Positions 7,281 through 16,351 of a stretch of 32,000 nt of DNA are shown here, piece by piece. Every line of letters starts with the position of its first letter. Within the stretch, counting starts at the first letter, position 1. Origin of the DNA: Delftia acidovorans NBRC 14950 (GTDB taxonomy: Bacteria > Pseudomonadota > Gammaproteobacteria > Burkholderiales > Burkholderiaceae_C); NCBI RefSeq assembly GCF_001598795.1, contig NZ_BCZP01000016.1:30001-62000 (forward strand), given 5' to 3'. The translations under genes were made by a program, and so were the position numbers. The notes under the pieces are model-generated. The model made no database searches. It had not been told where the DNA came from and worked only from the letters and a program-made list of their open reading frames with translations.

Positions 7281-8080
7281 GTATATCAATGGATGTTGAT
7301 CTGCCAATATAAAGGAATCTTAGGAGACTTTTGGCAAAGTGAGCCTACACTGCCGCGCAACACCCGGACGGCGACAGGCGTATTGCCTGGAACCTGTCTG
7401 AGAACGGATTCCCATCTTGCCCGAGTCTAGGCGAGTCGGACGCTGATTTTTGTAGCGTATGGAAACCGGGCCATCGCGTCTGCCACAGCGGCGCAGGTGC
7501 TGGGGAACAGGGCTGTGTAGCAGGCGCCGGCCACTTTGATGATGCATCGCTTCATGTTTCTCTTCCCTTGAATGACAGATCTGCCTTCTTATCGGCATTT
7601 TTGTATCAAGGTGAAACACTTTCTTGCCCGGCTCCCTGCCGGCCCCCGATGGGAAGCCACTCTCGATCAATGGCAGTCCATGCAAGGGAAGAAAAGGCCG
7701 CGTGGTGCACCCCAAAAATATGAGGGAGGGAAAAACACAGGGTGCGCGGCGCAAACGGCAGGGTCCTGGAATCAAGGCTCTGGCGTTTGCGACAGAAAAA
7801 TCCCGCAGCCAGGGCGGCAAGTGTCTGTGTTACAAATTGACACTATAGCACGCATCCTTCAAGCTTGTGACTGGTTCTTGCAAAAGGCTGACTACTGCAG
7901 CTTGGGCGGCGCTGCCAGCAATGCAGTGCCTGCACGAAGGAGCTAGCCAGCGGGCTTCTTCGCACGCAAGAAGCAGGCAATTACAAGGGCAAGTACGCAC
8001 TCTTCGAGCTCTGGCGGCCGATGCGTCTCGGATAGGCTCGGTGGGCATTCACAGCCCTCGTTTTGCCTTCACTACGCATC

Positions 8081-9928
8081 ATGTTTCAAACACTTCGTGC
8101 CCGCCTGATCCTCATCTGCGTAGCAATCACCGTGGCCGCGCTGTTCGCGCTGTCCATGGCCACCTTCTGGACGGCGCGCAGCAGTACGCTGTCCGATATC
8201 GACGAAAACATCGGCCAGCTCACGCGGGCCCATGCATCCACACTGACCGACTGGGTTCAGGACAAGCAGCGCATCACCGGCTCATTGAAGAAAGCGGTTG
8301 ACCAGCCGGACCCCGTTCCCTTCCTGCTGGCCGGCCAGCAGGCTGGCGGCTTCGATGACGCCTATTTCGTCCATGCCGACAAACGCGCCGTGTTCACCCA
8401 TCCCATGCCGGAGAACTACGACGGAACCCAGCGCGACTGGTTCAAGCAGGCCGTGCGCGAAGGCCGGCCAGGCGTGACGCCAGCCTATGTCGATGCCAGC
8501 ACCGGCGAGCTGACCATCAGCTTTGTCGATCCGGTCGGCAGCTCGGGCGCCATCACGGCCGTTGTCGGCACTGATGTGCGGTTGGCCGCCATGTCCAGGA
8601 AAGTGGCCGCCATCCGTCCCCAGGAAAAAAGCTTTGCCTTTCTGATGGATGGCGAAGGCCGCCTGCTGGCCTACGCCAAGCCCGAGCTGGCGCTCAAGCC
8701 CGCTTCCGCGATTGCCCCTGAACTCGATGCCGCGCTGATCAAGCGCCTGGCCGAGCAGGGCGGCCGCGCCGATCTGGTGCTCGATGGCGAGCCGCAGATG
8801 CTCTACGCCGCCAAGGTCGAGGGCACGCCCTGGACGCTGGCCGTGGTGATCGACCGCGCACAGGCCACGCATTCGGTGCGGGCGCTGCTGCAGGTGGCCG
8901 CCCTCATCACCGTGCTGTCCGTGCTGGGCGCGGCGGTGCTGCTGACCGTGGCGCTGCGCCGCATGCTCAACCGCCTGGCCGTGGCACGCGATGCGCTGCA
9001 GGACATCGCCTCGGGCGAAGGCGATCTGACCCGCCGCCTCACCTCTGCCGGCCGCGATGAGCTGGCGCAGATCGGCCAGTCCTTCAACCAGTTCGTGGAC
9101 AAGATCGCCACGGTGCTGCTGCGCATTCGCGAGTCGTCGGAATCGGTGCGCATGGCTTCGGCAGAGATTGCGGGTGGCAACCAGGACCTGTCGTCACGCA
9201 CCGAGCAGCAGGCCAGCTCGCTGGAGCAGACGGCAGCCGCCATGGAGCAGATCACGGCAACCGTGCAGCAGAACGCGGCCAATGCCCGCCAGGCCAGCGA
9301 GCTGGCCACCAGCGCCTCGCAGATCGCCACCCAGGGCGGAGAGGCCGTCGGCCAAGTGGTGCAGACCATGGGCGGCATTGAGGCCTCGGCCCGCAAGATC
9401 GAAAGCATCATCGGCGTGATCGACTCCATTGCCTTCCAGACCAACATCCTGGCGCTGAACGCGGCGGTGGAAGCGGCGCGCGCCGGCGAGCAGGGTCGGG
9501 GCTTTGCCGTGGTCGCCAGCGAGGTGCGCACGCTGGCGCAACGCAGCGCCACGGCGGCCAGGGAGATCAAGGCGCTGATCGATGATTCCGTGGGCCAGAT
9601 CGACACGGGCAGCCGCCTGGTGCGCAATGCAGGCACCACCATCGACCAGGCCGTGGACGGCGTGCGCAAGCTCAGCACGCTGGTGGCCGAGATCAGCAAC
9701 GCCAGCCAGGAGCAAAGCCGTGGCATTGCCGAGGTGGGCAGCGCCATCGGCCAGATGGACCAGGTCACGCAGCAGAACGCTGCGCTGGTGGAAGAGGTCA
9801 CGGCCGCAGCGCAGTCGCTGCAGCAACAGGCGGTGCAGCTGGCGCAGGCCGTGGCGGGCTTCAAGCTTGAAGATGCAAGCGCGGCAAGCGCAGGAAGTGC
9901 GGGAAGCGGCATGCGCCGCCTGCGCTGA
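8081..9928 (+). CDS. methyl-accepting chemotaxis protein with a Cache-type periplasmic sensor domain
   Basis: ORF 8063..9928, ATG at 8081 ([18 protein letters not shown]...). About 250 aa of periplasmic region lies between two TM segments, with Cache-like features (DWFKQA..., TISFVDPV). HAMP, then the signalling domain [37 protein letters not shown]. Confidence 0.9.
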   Translation: MFQTLRARLILICVAITVAALFALSMATFWTARSSTLSDIDENIGQLTRAHASTLTDWVQDKQRITGSLKKAVDQPDPVPFLLAGQQAGGFDDAYFVHADKRAVFTHPMPENYDGTQRDWFKQAVREGRPGVTPAYVDASTGELTISFVDPVGSSGAITAVVGTDVRLAAMSRKVAAIRPQEKSFAFLMDGEGRLLAYAKPELALKPASAIAPELDAALIKRLAEQGGRADLVLDGEPQMLYAAKVEGTPWTLAVVIDRAQATHSVRALLQVAALITVLSVLGAAVLLTVALRRMLNRLAVARDALQDIASGEGDLTRRLTSAGRDELAQIGQSFNQFVDKIATVLLRIRESSESVRMASAEIAGGNQDLSSRTEQQASSLEQTAAAMEQITATVQQNAANARQASELATSASQIATQGGEAVGQVVQTMGGIEASARKIESIIGVIDSIAFQTNILALNAAVEAARAGEQGRGFAVVASEVRTLAQRSATAAREIKALIDDSVGQIDTGSRLVRNAGTTIDQAVDGVRKLSTLVAEISNASQEQSRGIAEVGSAIGQMDQVTQQNAALVEEVTAAAQSLQQQAVQLAQAVAGFKLEDASAASAGSAGSGMRRLR

Positions 9929-9939
9929 GCGCGGGCAAA

Positions 9940-9973
9940 GCCAAGGCGGGCCGGGCGGTCAGGCCGCCTTGGC
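9940..9973. terminator. hairpin between convergent MCP and cyclase genes (possible bidirectional terminator, no U tract)
   Basis: GCCAAGGCGG (9940-9949) pairs with CCGCCTTGGC (9964-9973), with a 14-nt loop. The 3' arm overlaps the last codons of the minus-strand cyclase gene. Only 30 nt separate the two stop codons. Confidence 0.35.
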
Positions 9974-11437
9974 GCCACCCGGATGCTCGCAGGCAAAGGC
10001 CGGTGTGTCGGCCTCGCCAGCCACGAAGTAGCGGTCGCGGCCGCTGGCCTTGGCTTGGTACAGCGCCGTATCGGCCATGCGCAGCAAGGCACTCAAACCC
10101 AGCGGTGGGTAGGCCATGTTCGTGCAGCCTATGCCAATGCTCAGCGTGGGGCAGATGGCTGCGCCATCGTTCATGTCGATGCGAATTTCGCGCGTGGCCT
10201 CGCACAGCCGCTGGGCCACGGCGATTGCCGTGACGCAGTCGGCACCGGGCAGCAGCACCGCAAACTCCTCGCCGCCCAGGCGGCCTATGAGTTCATGCGG
10301 GCGCAGCGCCTGCGACAGGCGGGCCGAGACTTCCTGCAGTACCCGGTCGCCGGCGGCATGGCCATGGCGGTCGTTGATGTGCTTGAAGTGGTCCAGGTCG
10401 AGCATCAGCATGGCGCCTGACTGGCGCTCGCGCTGCAGGCGCTCCAGCGTGCGCTGTGCGCGCTCCAGAAAGCTGGTGCGTGCCAGCAGTCCGGTCAGCG
10501 CATCGTGGTTCACTGCATGGCGCAGCTTGCTGAGCATGTCCTTGAAAGCCATGAGCGTGCAGGCTACGGCCAGCGGGCCGATCGACAGCATGGCCAGACC
10601 CAGGCGGAAGGAGAACGTGGTCTCCAGCTCGGTGTTGGGCGAGCTGAACAACACATGGGAAAACGTGGCCAGCTTGATGGCACAGCTGACCAGGTTGAGC
10701 AGGGCGACCACGAACAGCCGATAGCGCATGGCGCACAGCAGCATGGCCGGCATGGTGAGCGACAGCGCGCCTGGTCCGCCCAGGTAGATGGCAATGGATT
10801 CGGAAATCGCCAGGGCAAGCAGCGGCAGCAAGGCCTGCGCCGTTTGTTTGAATGGCTGGCTGCGCCAGGACAGCGGCTCCAGCTTTGCCGGAAGGCTCAG
10901 CAGCACAGGCAGCAACAGGGTCATGTGCATCAACTCGCTGCTGAACCACATGGCCATCATGGGCTGCCAGGGCCAATGCATGAGATGGTGCATGCCCGCC
11001 GAGCCCAGCACGGCTCCGACCACGCTCACCAGCAGGCTGCACATCACCAGATGCAGCACCGAGGAAGGGGAGCGCATCTGCTGCACCCGCTGCGGCAGGC
11101 GCCGCATCATCACCCAGCCGCAGGCCACGGCGGCCAGGTCGGCAAAGGTCAGCCACAGGGTCTGGTCCAGCGGACTGCCGGAAAGCCATTCGGCCAGCGC
11201 CATGGCAATGGCGGCAGCCGTCCAGCCGTGTCTATGGCTGTAGGCAGGGCTGCGAAGCATCCAGCCCAGGAGCAGGGCGTTGGACAGCCACAGAGACGAC
11301 AGATGTTCCGGAGAACGCAGGCCCAGCGCCACGGCCGAGCACAGGAACAGCACCCCGCCCAGCACAAAGCTGTCCCGCCAGGGCGTTGCAGCTTGTGGAA
11401 GGCTCCACGGATCTCCGGATGCGGCGCGATGTGACAT
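9959..11437 (-). CDS. membrane-bound diguanylate cyclase (large polytopic N-terminal sensor, MASE1-like, plus GGDEF)
   Basis: 492-aa ORF. ATG at 11437 is preceded by GGGGAGA. About 300 aa of multi-TM N-terminus. GGDEF domain: HDALTGLLARTSF, DLDHFKHINDRHGHAAGD, RLGGEEF. The I-site position reads RPHE and is not canonical. Confidence 0.9.
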   Translation of the reverse strand: MSHRAASGDPWSLPQAATPWRDSFVLGGVLFLCSAVALGLRSPEHLSSLWLSNALLLGWMLRSPAYSHRHGWTAAAIAMALAEWLSGSPLDQTLWLTFADLAAVACGWVMMRRLPQRVQQMRSPSSVLHLVMCSLLVSVVGAVLGSAGMHHLMHWPWQPMMAMWFSSELMHMTLLLPVLLSLPAKLEPLSWRSQPFKQTAQALLPLLALAISESIAIYLGGPGALSLTMPAMLLCAMRYRLFVVALLNLVSCAIKLATFSHVLFSSPNTELETTFSFRLGLAMLSIGPLAVACTLMAFKDMLSKLRHAVNHDALTGLLARTSFLERAQRTLERLQRERQSGAMLMLDLDHFKHINDRHGHAAGDRVLQEVSARLSQALRPHELIGRLGGEEFAVLLPGADCVTAIAVAQRLCEATREIRIDMNDGAAICPTLSIGIGCTNMAYPPLGLSALLRMADTALYQAKASGRDRYFVAGEADTPAFACEHPGGAKAA

Positions 11438-12099
11438 ATGTCTCCCCTGTGGAGACCGAATGGAGGCACCGGACTCTGCGCGCGTTCGTCGGGCATGGCG
11501 GCCATGCCTTTGTCATGGTGATGAACGAGCGGCCCGGCGGGCAGCGGGAACAGGAAATCCTCCTCGGGGCAGATAAAACAAGACGCGCGGGGTAACTTGA
11601 GTACACAAAATTTACGCCTGCGGGGCCAATCTAGCGGAAATGCATGTATTTGCAAGTACTGATCCATCTTGCATACAGCACGCGATGAAAGCGTTTCGCA
11701 GGCGCCGGTAAGCCCGATCAGCACTGCCGCAAGTGGCAGCGGTGCGCCTGGAGCAGCTTTTGTGAAGGAAAGATGGGATGCATGCTAAGGATTCATGCGG
11801 TTCCGTAGTCAGGTCCCTGCGTGGTCCCTGCTTTCTGTCGCGCCAGGAATTTGTAATTAGTTACTTTTGTTTCTGATGAATATCCCAAGAGCTGGTGGTG
11901 CCAGTTGGGGCGGCTGCTGGTCGGCGAGGGTTGGAGAGGCATTCCAGCCACCGCGGCACCAGGAAAAGTGCAGCTCCTATCGATAGAACGACGATGCGCA
12001 ACGCATAAAATCGCCGGATTGGGGGGGATCTCTGCCGAAATGTTGAACCACATCCGGGCAGCCTTCATGGGTGCTTGCCGTTGAAATCCAGGGAACCGC

Positions 12100-12579
12100 A
12101 TGGAATACCGTCTTGATGAAACCGACCGCCAACTGCTGCGTCTGCTGCAGACCAATGCACGTGCTTCCACCGCACATCTGGCTCGGCAGATGAATCTGGC
12201 GCGCACCACGGTGGTGGCGCGCATTGCCAGGCTGGAGCAAGAGGGCGTGATCGCCGGCTACGGCGTGCGCCTGGGCGCACGCGTGGAGCAGTCTGCCGTG
12301 CGGGCGTATTGCGGCATCCGCGTGCAGCCCAAGACGGCCACGTTGGTCATGCAGGCGCTCAACCGCTTCACCGAGGTCGAGGAGGTCTCTGCCGTCAGCG
12401 GCCAGTACGACTACATGGTGTTCGTGCGCTGCGAGAGCAATGAAAAGCTCGATGCGCTGCTGGACCGCATCGGCCTGATCGACGGCATTCAGCAGACCTA
12501 TACCTCGGTGGTGCTCAGCCGCAAGATCGACCGGCGCACGACGGCGGCCCTGAGCCAGCCGGGCGAATCCGCTGCCTGA
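12100..12579 (+). CDS. Lrp/AsnC family transcriptional regulator (159 aa)
   Basis: LDETDRQLLRLLQTNARASTAHLARQMNLARTTVVARIARLEQEGVI is the HTH_AsnC region. It is followed by the AsnC ligand-binding fold (EVSAVSGQYDYMVFV). Confidence 0.9.
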   Translation: MEYRLDETDRQLLRLLQTNARASTAHLARQMNLARTTVVARIARLEQEGVIAGYGVRLGARVEQSAVRAYCGIRVQPKTATLVMQALNRFTEVEEVSAVSGQYDYMVFVRCESNEKLDALLDRIGLIDGIQQTYTSVVLSRKIDRRTTAALSQPGESAA

Positions 12580-12678
12580 CGGGCGCTCTGCAGCCATTGC
12601 AACCACTGTCGGGTCTCTGACATCTGCTAGTGAAACTGCCGGGTAGGCAGTCCCTTGCGGCCCTCCTATGCTGTTGTG

Positions 12679-12708
12679 GGCCCCCGTACCAACAGGGGCC
12701 TTTCTTTG
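12679..12708 (+). terminator. rho-independent terminator after the Lrp/AsnC gene
   Basis: GGCCCC (12679-12684) pairs with GGGGCC (12695-12700), 10-nt loop, then TTTCTTTGTG. Confidence 0.65.
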
Positions 12709-12735
12709 TGTACGCATAACACTAGGAGACAAAGC

Positions 12736-15186
12736 ATGTACCCAGCGGTTCGCAGTGGATGGAAGCCCCTGTCATTGATTTGCCTGGCCGCCTTGGCGGC
12801 CTGCGGCGGTTCGGGCGACGGCTCCAGCAGCAAGTACAGCGCGGAGATTCGCCGCACGGAAATGGGCATTCCGCACATCAAGGCCAAGGACTGGACGGGC
12901 CTGGGCTATGGCGCCGGCTATGCCCAGGCGCAGGACAACCTGTGCACCATGGCCGACTCCTTCCTGACGTACCGCGGGGAGCGCTCGCGCTACCTTGGCG
13001 GCGATGCCCAGGCCGTCTACGACAGCACCATCGACCGGCCGCGCAATCTCGACTCGGACTTCTTCTTCCGCCATGTCGTCTCCGATGACGCCGTGGCCGC
13101 CATGATCCAGGCCCAGCCCGACAAGCTCAAGCAACTGGTCGATGGCTTCGTGGCCGGCTACAACCGCGTGGTGCGCGAGACCCCGGCCGGGGCCAAGACC
13201 AATGCGGCCTGCGCGGGCCAACCGTGGGTGCAGACCATCACCGCGCAGGACATCTGGCGGCGCATGTACACGGCCAATCTGGCCGGCGGCTACAGCAACT
13301 TCGTGGCCCAGATCGCCAATGCCGTGCCGCCTGCAGCGGCTGCGGCTGCAACGGCCTCGGCCAAGCCGGCGAAGGCCCGGCCGGCCGTGACGCAGCTGGC
13401 CGCGCTCAAGCCGGGGCAGGTGGTGGCGCCATCATTGCAGGTGGGCGGCACCACGGGCATCGGCAGCAACATGTACGGCTTTGGCCAGCAGGCCACGGGC
13501 GGCGGCAGCAGCGTGCTGTTCGGCAATCCGCACTGGTACTGGAAGGGGCCGGACCGCTTCTATCAATCGCAGCTCACGATTCCGGGCGAGATCGATGTCA
13601 GTGGCGCAAGCTTTCTGGGCATCCCGATGGTGCTGATCGGCTTCAACAACGACGTGGCCTGGAGCCACACCGTGTCCACGGCGCGGCGCTTCGGCCTGTT
13701 CATGTACCAGTTGGCGCCCAATGACCCGACCCGCTATGTGCGCGACGGCAAGACCGAGGCCATGCAGGCCAGCAGGATCACCGTGAGCGTGCGCAATGCC
13801 TCCGGCGGGCAGGACCAGGTCACGCGCACGCTGTACAAGACCGTGCACGGCCCGGTGGTCAACCTGGGCGCCATGGACCCGGCGCTGGGCTGGACCACGC
13901 AGAGCGTGTTCGCCATCCGCGACATCAACGCCTACAACTACCGCACCTTCCGCAACTGGCTGCGCTGGAACCAGGCCAGGTCGCTGGACGAGTTCATCCG
14001 CATCCAGAAGGAGGAGTCGGCCATTCCCTGGGTCAACACCGTCGCCGCAGGGCGCGGCAATGCCCAGGTCTGGTATGCCGACATCGGCGCCGTGCCCAAC
14101 GTGCCGCCCGCGCAATTGCAGGCCTGTGCCACGCCGGCCTCGGCAGCCATCAACGCGGCGCTGCCCCAGGTGCCGGTGCTGGCCGGTGGCAGCAGCCAGT
14201 GCGACTGGAGTTCGGATGCGGATTCGGTGCAGGCGGGTGCCATCGGCCCCGCGCGTATGCCCAATTTGCTGCGCAGCGACTACGTGGGCAACATGAACGA
14301 CAGCTACTGGCTGTCCAATGCCTCGGCGCCGCTGACCGGCTATCCGGCCATCTTCGGCTCCACTTCGTCGGCCCAGAGCCTGCGCACGCGCTTGGGCCAC
14401 ACCATGGCGCTGCAGCGGCTGGCGGGCACGGACGGCTACCCGGGCAAGCTTGCCACCAGCGACATCGTGCGCCAGATGGTGCTGGACAGCCGTGTCTACA
14501 GCGCGCGCTTCAAGGACGAGGCATTGGCCCAGGTCTGTCCAGGCCCCGTGTCCACGGCTGGTGAAACGGTGGACGTATCGGCTGCCTGCACGGCGCTGCA
14601 GGCCTGGGACGGCACGGGCACGGCGGCATCCAGGGGCTCCCATGTCTGGGATGAGTTCTGGAAGCGCGTGGCCAGCCAGATCAAATCGGCCGACCTGTAT
14701 GCCGTGCCTTTCGATGCGGCCGACCCCGTCAACACGCCGCGTGGCATCAAGCCCACGGCCAAGGCGGCGCTGCAAAAGGCGTTCGCCGAAGCAGTGAAGG
14801 CCGTGCAGGGCAGCGGCTTTGCCATGGATGCGGCGCGCGGCACCGTGCTGTTCTCGCAGCGCGGCGGCGAGAAGATCGCGCTGTATGGCGGCTGCGGCGA
14901 GGTGGGCTACTTCACCATCACCTGCTCGGAAAACAAGATAGAGCAGGGCGGCTACAGCATGGACGGGCAGCCGCACGGCAACAGCTACATGCAGGTGGTG
15001 AGCTTCCCGTCGGCCGGTGTGGAGGCCCATACCTTCCTGACCTTCTCGCTGTCGGACGACCCGGCCTCGGCCCACTACGTGGACTACACCAAGGCCTACG
15101 GCGCCCGCCAATGGCTCAAGCTGCCGTTCACCGACAGCGCCATCCAGGCCAGCCCGGCCTACAAGACGCAGACCGTGAGCGAGTGA
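12736..15186 (+). CDS. penicillin/AHL acylase family Ntn-hydrolase lipoprotein (acyl-homoserine-lactone acylase-like), 816 aa
   Basis: ATG at 12736 with AGGAGA at 12724-12729, inside ORF 12655..15186. Lipoprotein signal peptide with lipobox LAAC (LSLICLAALAACGGSG). The autoproteolytic nucleophile context GGTTGIGSNMYGFG...FGNPHWYW is typical of PvdQ/QuiP/AiiD-type acylases. Confidence 0.88.
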   Translation: MYPAVRSGWKPLSLICLAALAACGGSGDGSSSKYSAEIRRTEMGIPHIKAKDWTGLGYGAGYAQAQDNLCTMADSFLTYRGERSRYLGGDAQAVYDSTIDRPRNLDSDFFFRHVVSDDAVAAMIQAQPDKLKQLVDGFVAGYNRVVRETPAGAKTNAACAGQPWVQTITAQDIWRRMYTANLAGGYSNFVAQIANAVPPAAAAAATASAKPAKARPAVTQLAALKPGQVVAPSLQVGGTTGIGSNMYGFGQQATGGGSSVLFGNPHWYWKGPDRFYQSQLTIPGEIDVSGASFLGIPMVLIGFNNDVAWSHTVSTARRFGLFMYQLAPNDPTRYVRDGKTEAMQASRITVSVRNASGGQDQVTRTLYKTVHGPVVNLGAMDPALGWTTQSVFAIRDINAYNYRTFRNWLRWNQARSLDEFIRIQKEESAIPWVNTVAAGRGNAQVWYADIGAVPNVPPAQLQACATPASAAINAALPQVPVLAGGSSQCDWSSDADSVQAGAIGPARMPNLLRSDYVGNMNDSYWLSNASAPLTGYPAIFGSTSSAQSLRTRLGHTMALQRLAGTDGYPGKLATSDIVRQMVLDSRVYSARFKDEALAQVCPGPVSTAGETVDVSAACTALQAWDGTGTAASRGSHVWDEFWKRVASQIKSADLYAVPFDAADPVNTPRGIKPTAKAALQKAFAEAVKAVQGSGFAMDAARGTVLFSQRGGEKIALYGGCGEVGYFTITCSENKIEQGGYSMDGQPHGNSYMQVVSFPSAGVEAHTFLTFSLSDDPASAHYVDYTKAYGARQWLKLPFTDSAIQASPAYKTQTVSE

Positions 15187-15242
15187 AGCAACCTGTGACC
15201 CTGTGACGGGCCGCCGGTTCGCTGGCGGCTCGCCGGGAGTGC

Positions 15243-15278
15243 AAAAAGCAACGGGGGCCTCGGCCCCCGTCGCTTTTG
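15243..15278. terminator. bidirectional intrinsic terminator between the convergent acylase and selD genes
   Basis: AAAAA-GCAACGGGGGCC..GGCCCCCGTCGC-TTTT. A GC-rich stem (15248-15273) is flanked by an A tract and a T tract. Confidence 0.75.
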
Positions 15279-15292
15279 GAATGCGCTGGCCG

Positions 15293-16351
15293 TCAGTCCA
15301 CGATGACGCGCGGCTCGCCCGCCTCCATGCGGCCGACGATGGCGGCACTGCCAAAGCCCTGCTCGGCAAACAGTGCAAGCACCTGATCGGCAACATCCGG
15401 CGTGCAGGACACGAGCAGGCCGCCCGAGGTCTGCGGATCGGTCAGCAGCGCGCGCTGCGCATCGGTGATGCCGGCGCCCAGCGCAACCTGCGCGCCATAA
15501 GAGGCCCAGTTGCGGCCCGAGGCGCCCGTGATGACGCCCTGCTCGGCAAAGCCCTGCACCGTGGGCAGCACGGGCAGACTGCGGCTGTCGATGCGTGCCG
15601 TCAGGCCCGCGCCGCGTGCCAGCTCCAGGCCATGGCCCAGCAGGCCGAAGCCCGTCACATCGGTCAGCGCGTGCACGCCGTCCATCTTGCCCAGCGCCGT
15701 GCCGGGGCGGTTGAGCAGGGTGGTTGCTTCCACCATGGCGCGGTAGCCGGCCTCGTCCAGCAGGTTCTTCTTGAGTGCGGCCGACAGAATGCCCACGCCC
15801 AGCGGCTTGCCCAGGATCAGTACGTCGCCGGCCCGGGCGTCGGCATTGCGCTTCATCTGGCGGGGGTTGACGATGCCGATGCCGACCAGGCCGTAGATGG
15901 GCTCGACCGAATCGATGGAGTGGCCCCCGGCCAGCGGAATGCCGGCATCGCGGCAGACCGATTCGCCGCCTTCCAGGATCTTGGCAATGGTGTCGTGCGG
16001 CAGCACATTGATGGGCATGCCCACGATGGCCAGGGCCATCAGGGGCTGGCCGCCCATGGCGTAGATGTCGGACAGCGCATTCGTCGCGGCGATGCGGCCG
16101 AAGTCATACGGGTTGTCCACGATGGGCATGAAGAAGTCCGTGGTCGCCACGATGGCCTGCTCGTCGTTGATGCGGTAGACGGCGGCGTCGTCGGCGGTCT
16201 CCGTGCCCACCAGCAGGTCCGGGAAGAACTGCTTGGGCAGCGCGCTCTTGCCGATCAGCTCCGCCAGCAGGCCCGGCGCGATCTTGCAGCCGCAGCCGCC
16301 GCCATGGGACAGCGAGGTGAGTCGGGGGGCTTGGGAGGTGTCTGTGGTCAT
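15293..16351 (-). CDS. selD: selenide, water dikinase (selenophosphate synthetase), Cys-type
   Basis: The C-terminal 352 aa of fused ORF 15293..17296, starting at the ATG at 16351. MTTDTSQAPRLTSLSHGGGCGCKIAP carries the SelD glycine-rich Cys loop. Also DAAVY, TTDFF and GGHSID motifs. Confidence 0.93.
   Translation of the reverse strand: MTTDTSQAPRLTSLSHGGGCGCKIAPGLLAELIGKSALPKQFFPDLLVGTETADDAAVYRINDEQAIVATTDFFMPIVDNPYDFGRIAATNALSDIYAMGGQPLMALAIVGMPINVLPHDTIAKILEGGESVCRDAGIPLAGGHSIDSVEPIYGLVGIGIVNPRQMKRNADARAGDVLILGKPLGVGILSAALKKNLLDEAGYRAMVEATTLLNRPGTALGKMDGVHALTDVTGFGLLGHGLELARGAGLTARIDSRSLPVLPTVQGFAEQGVITGASGRNWASYGAQVALGAGITDAQRALLTDPQTSGGLLVSCTPDVADQVLALFAEQGFGSAAIVGRMEAGEPRVIVD

Noticed and set aside
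7740-7795. Possible c-di-GMP (GEMM-I) riboswitch in the MCP leader, suggested by GCGCAAACGG and a long-range stem.
   Set aside because: It lacks the paired GNRA tetraloop/receptor hairpins and the ACGCAAAGCC-type core. The resemblance is limited to a CAAAC string.
7320-7946. ORFs 7320..7820 (minus, 166 aa) and 7572..7946 (plus, 124 aa) in the hns-MCP gap.
   Set aside because: Low GC3, no ribosome-binding sites, mutually overlapping, and Arg/Pro/Gly-rich sequences without motifs.
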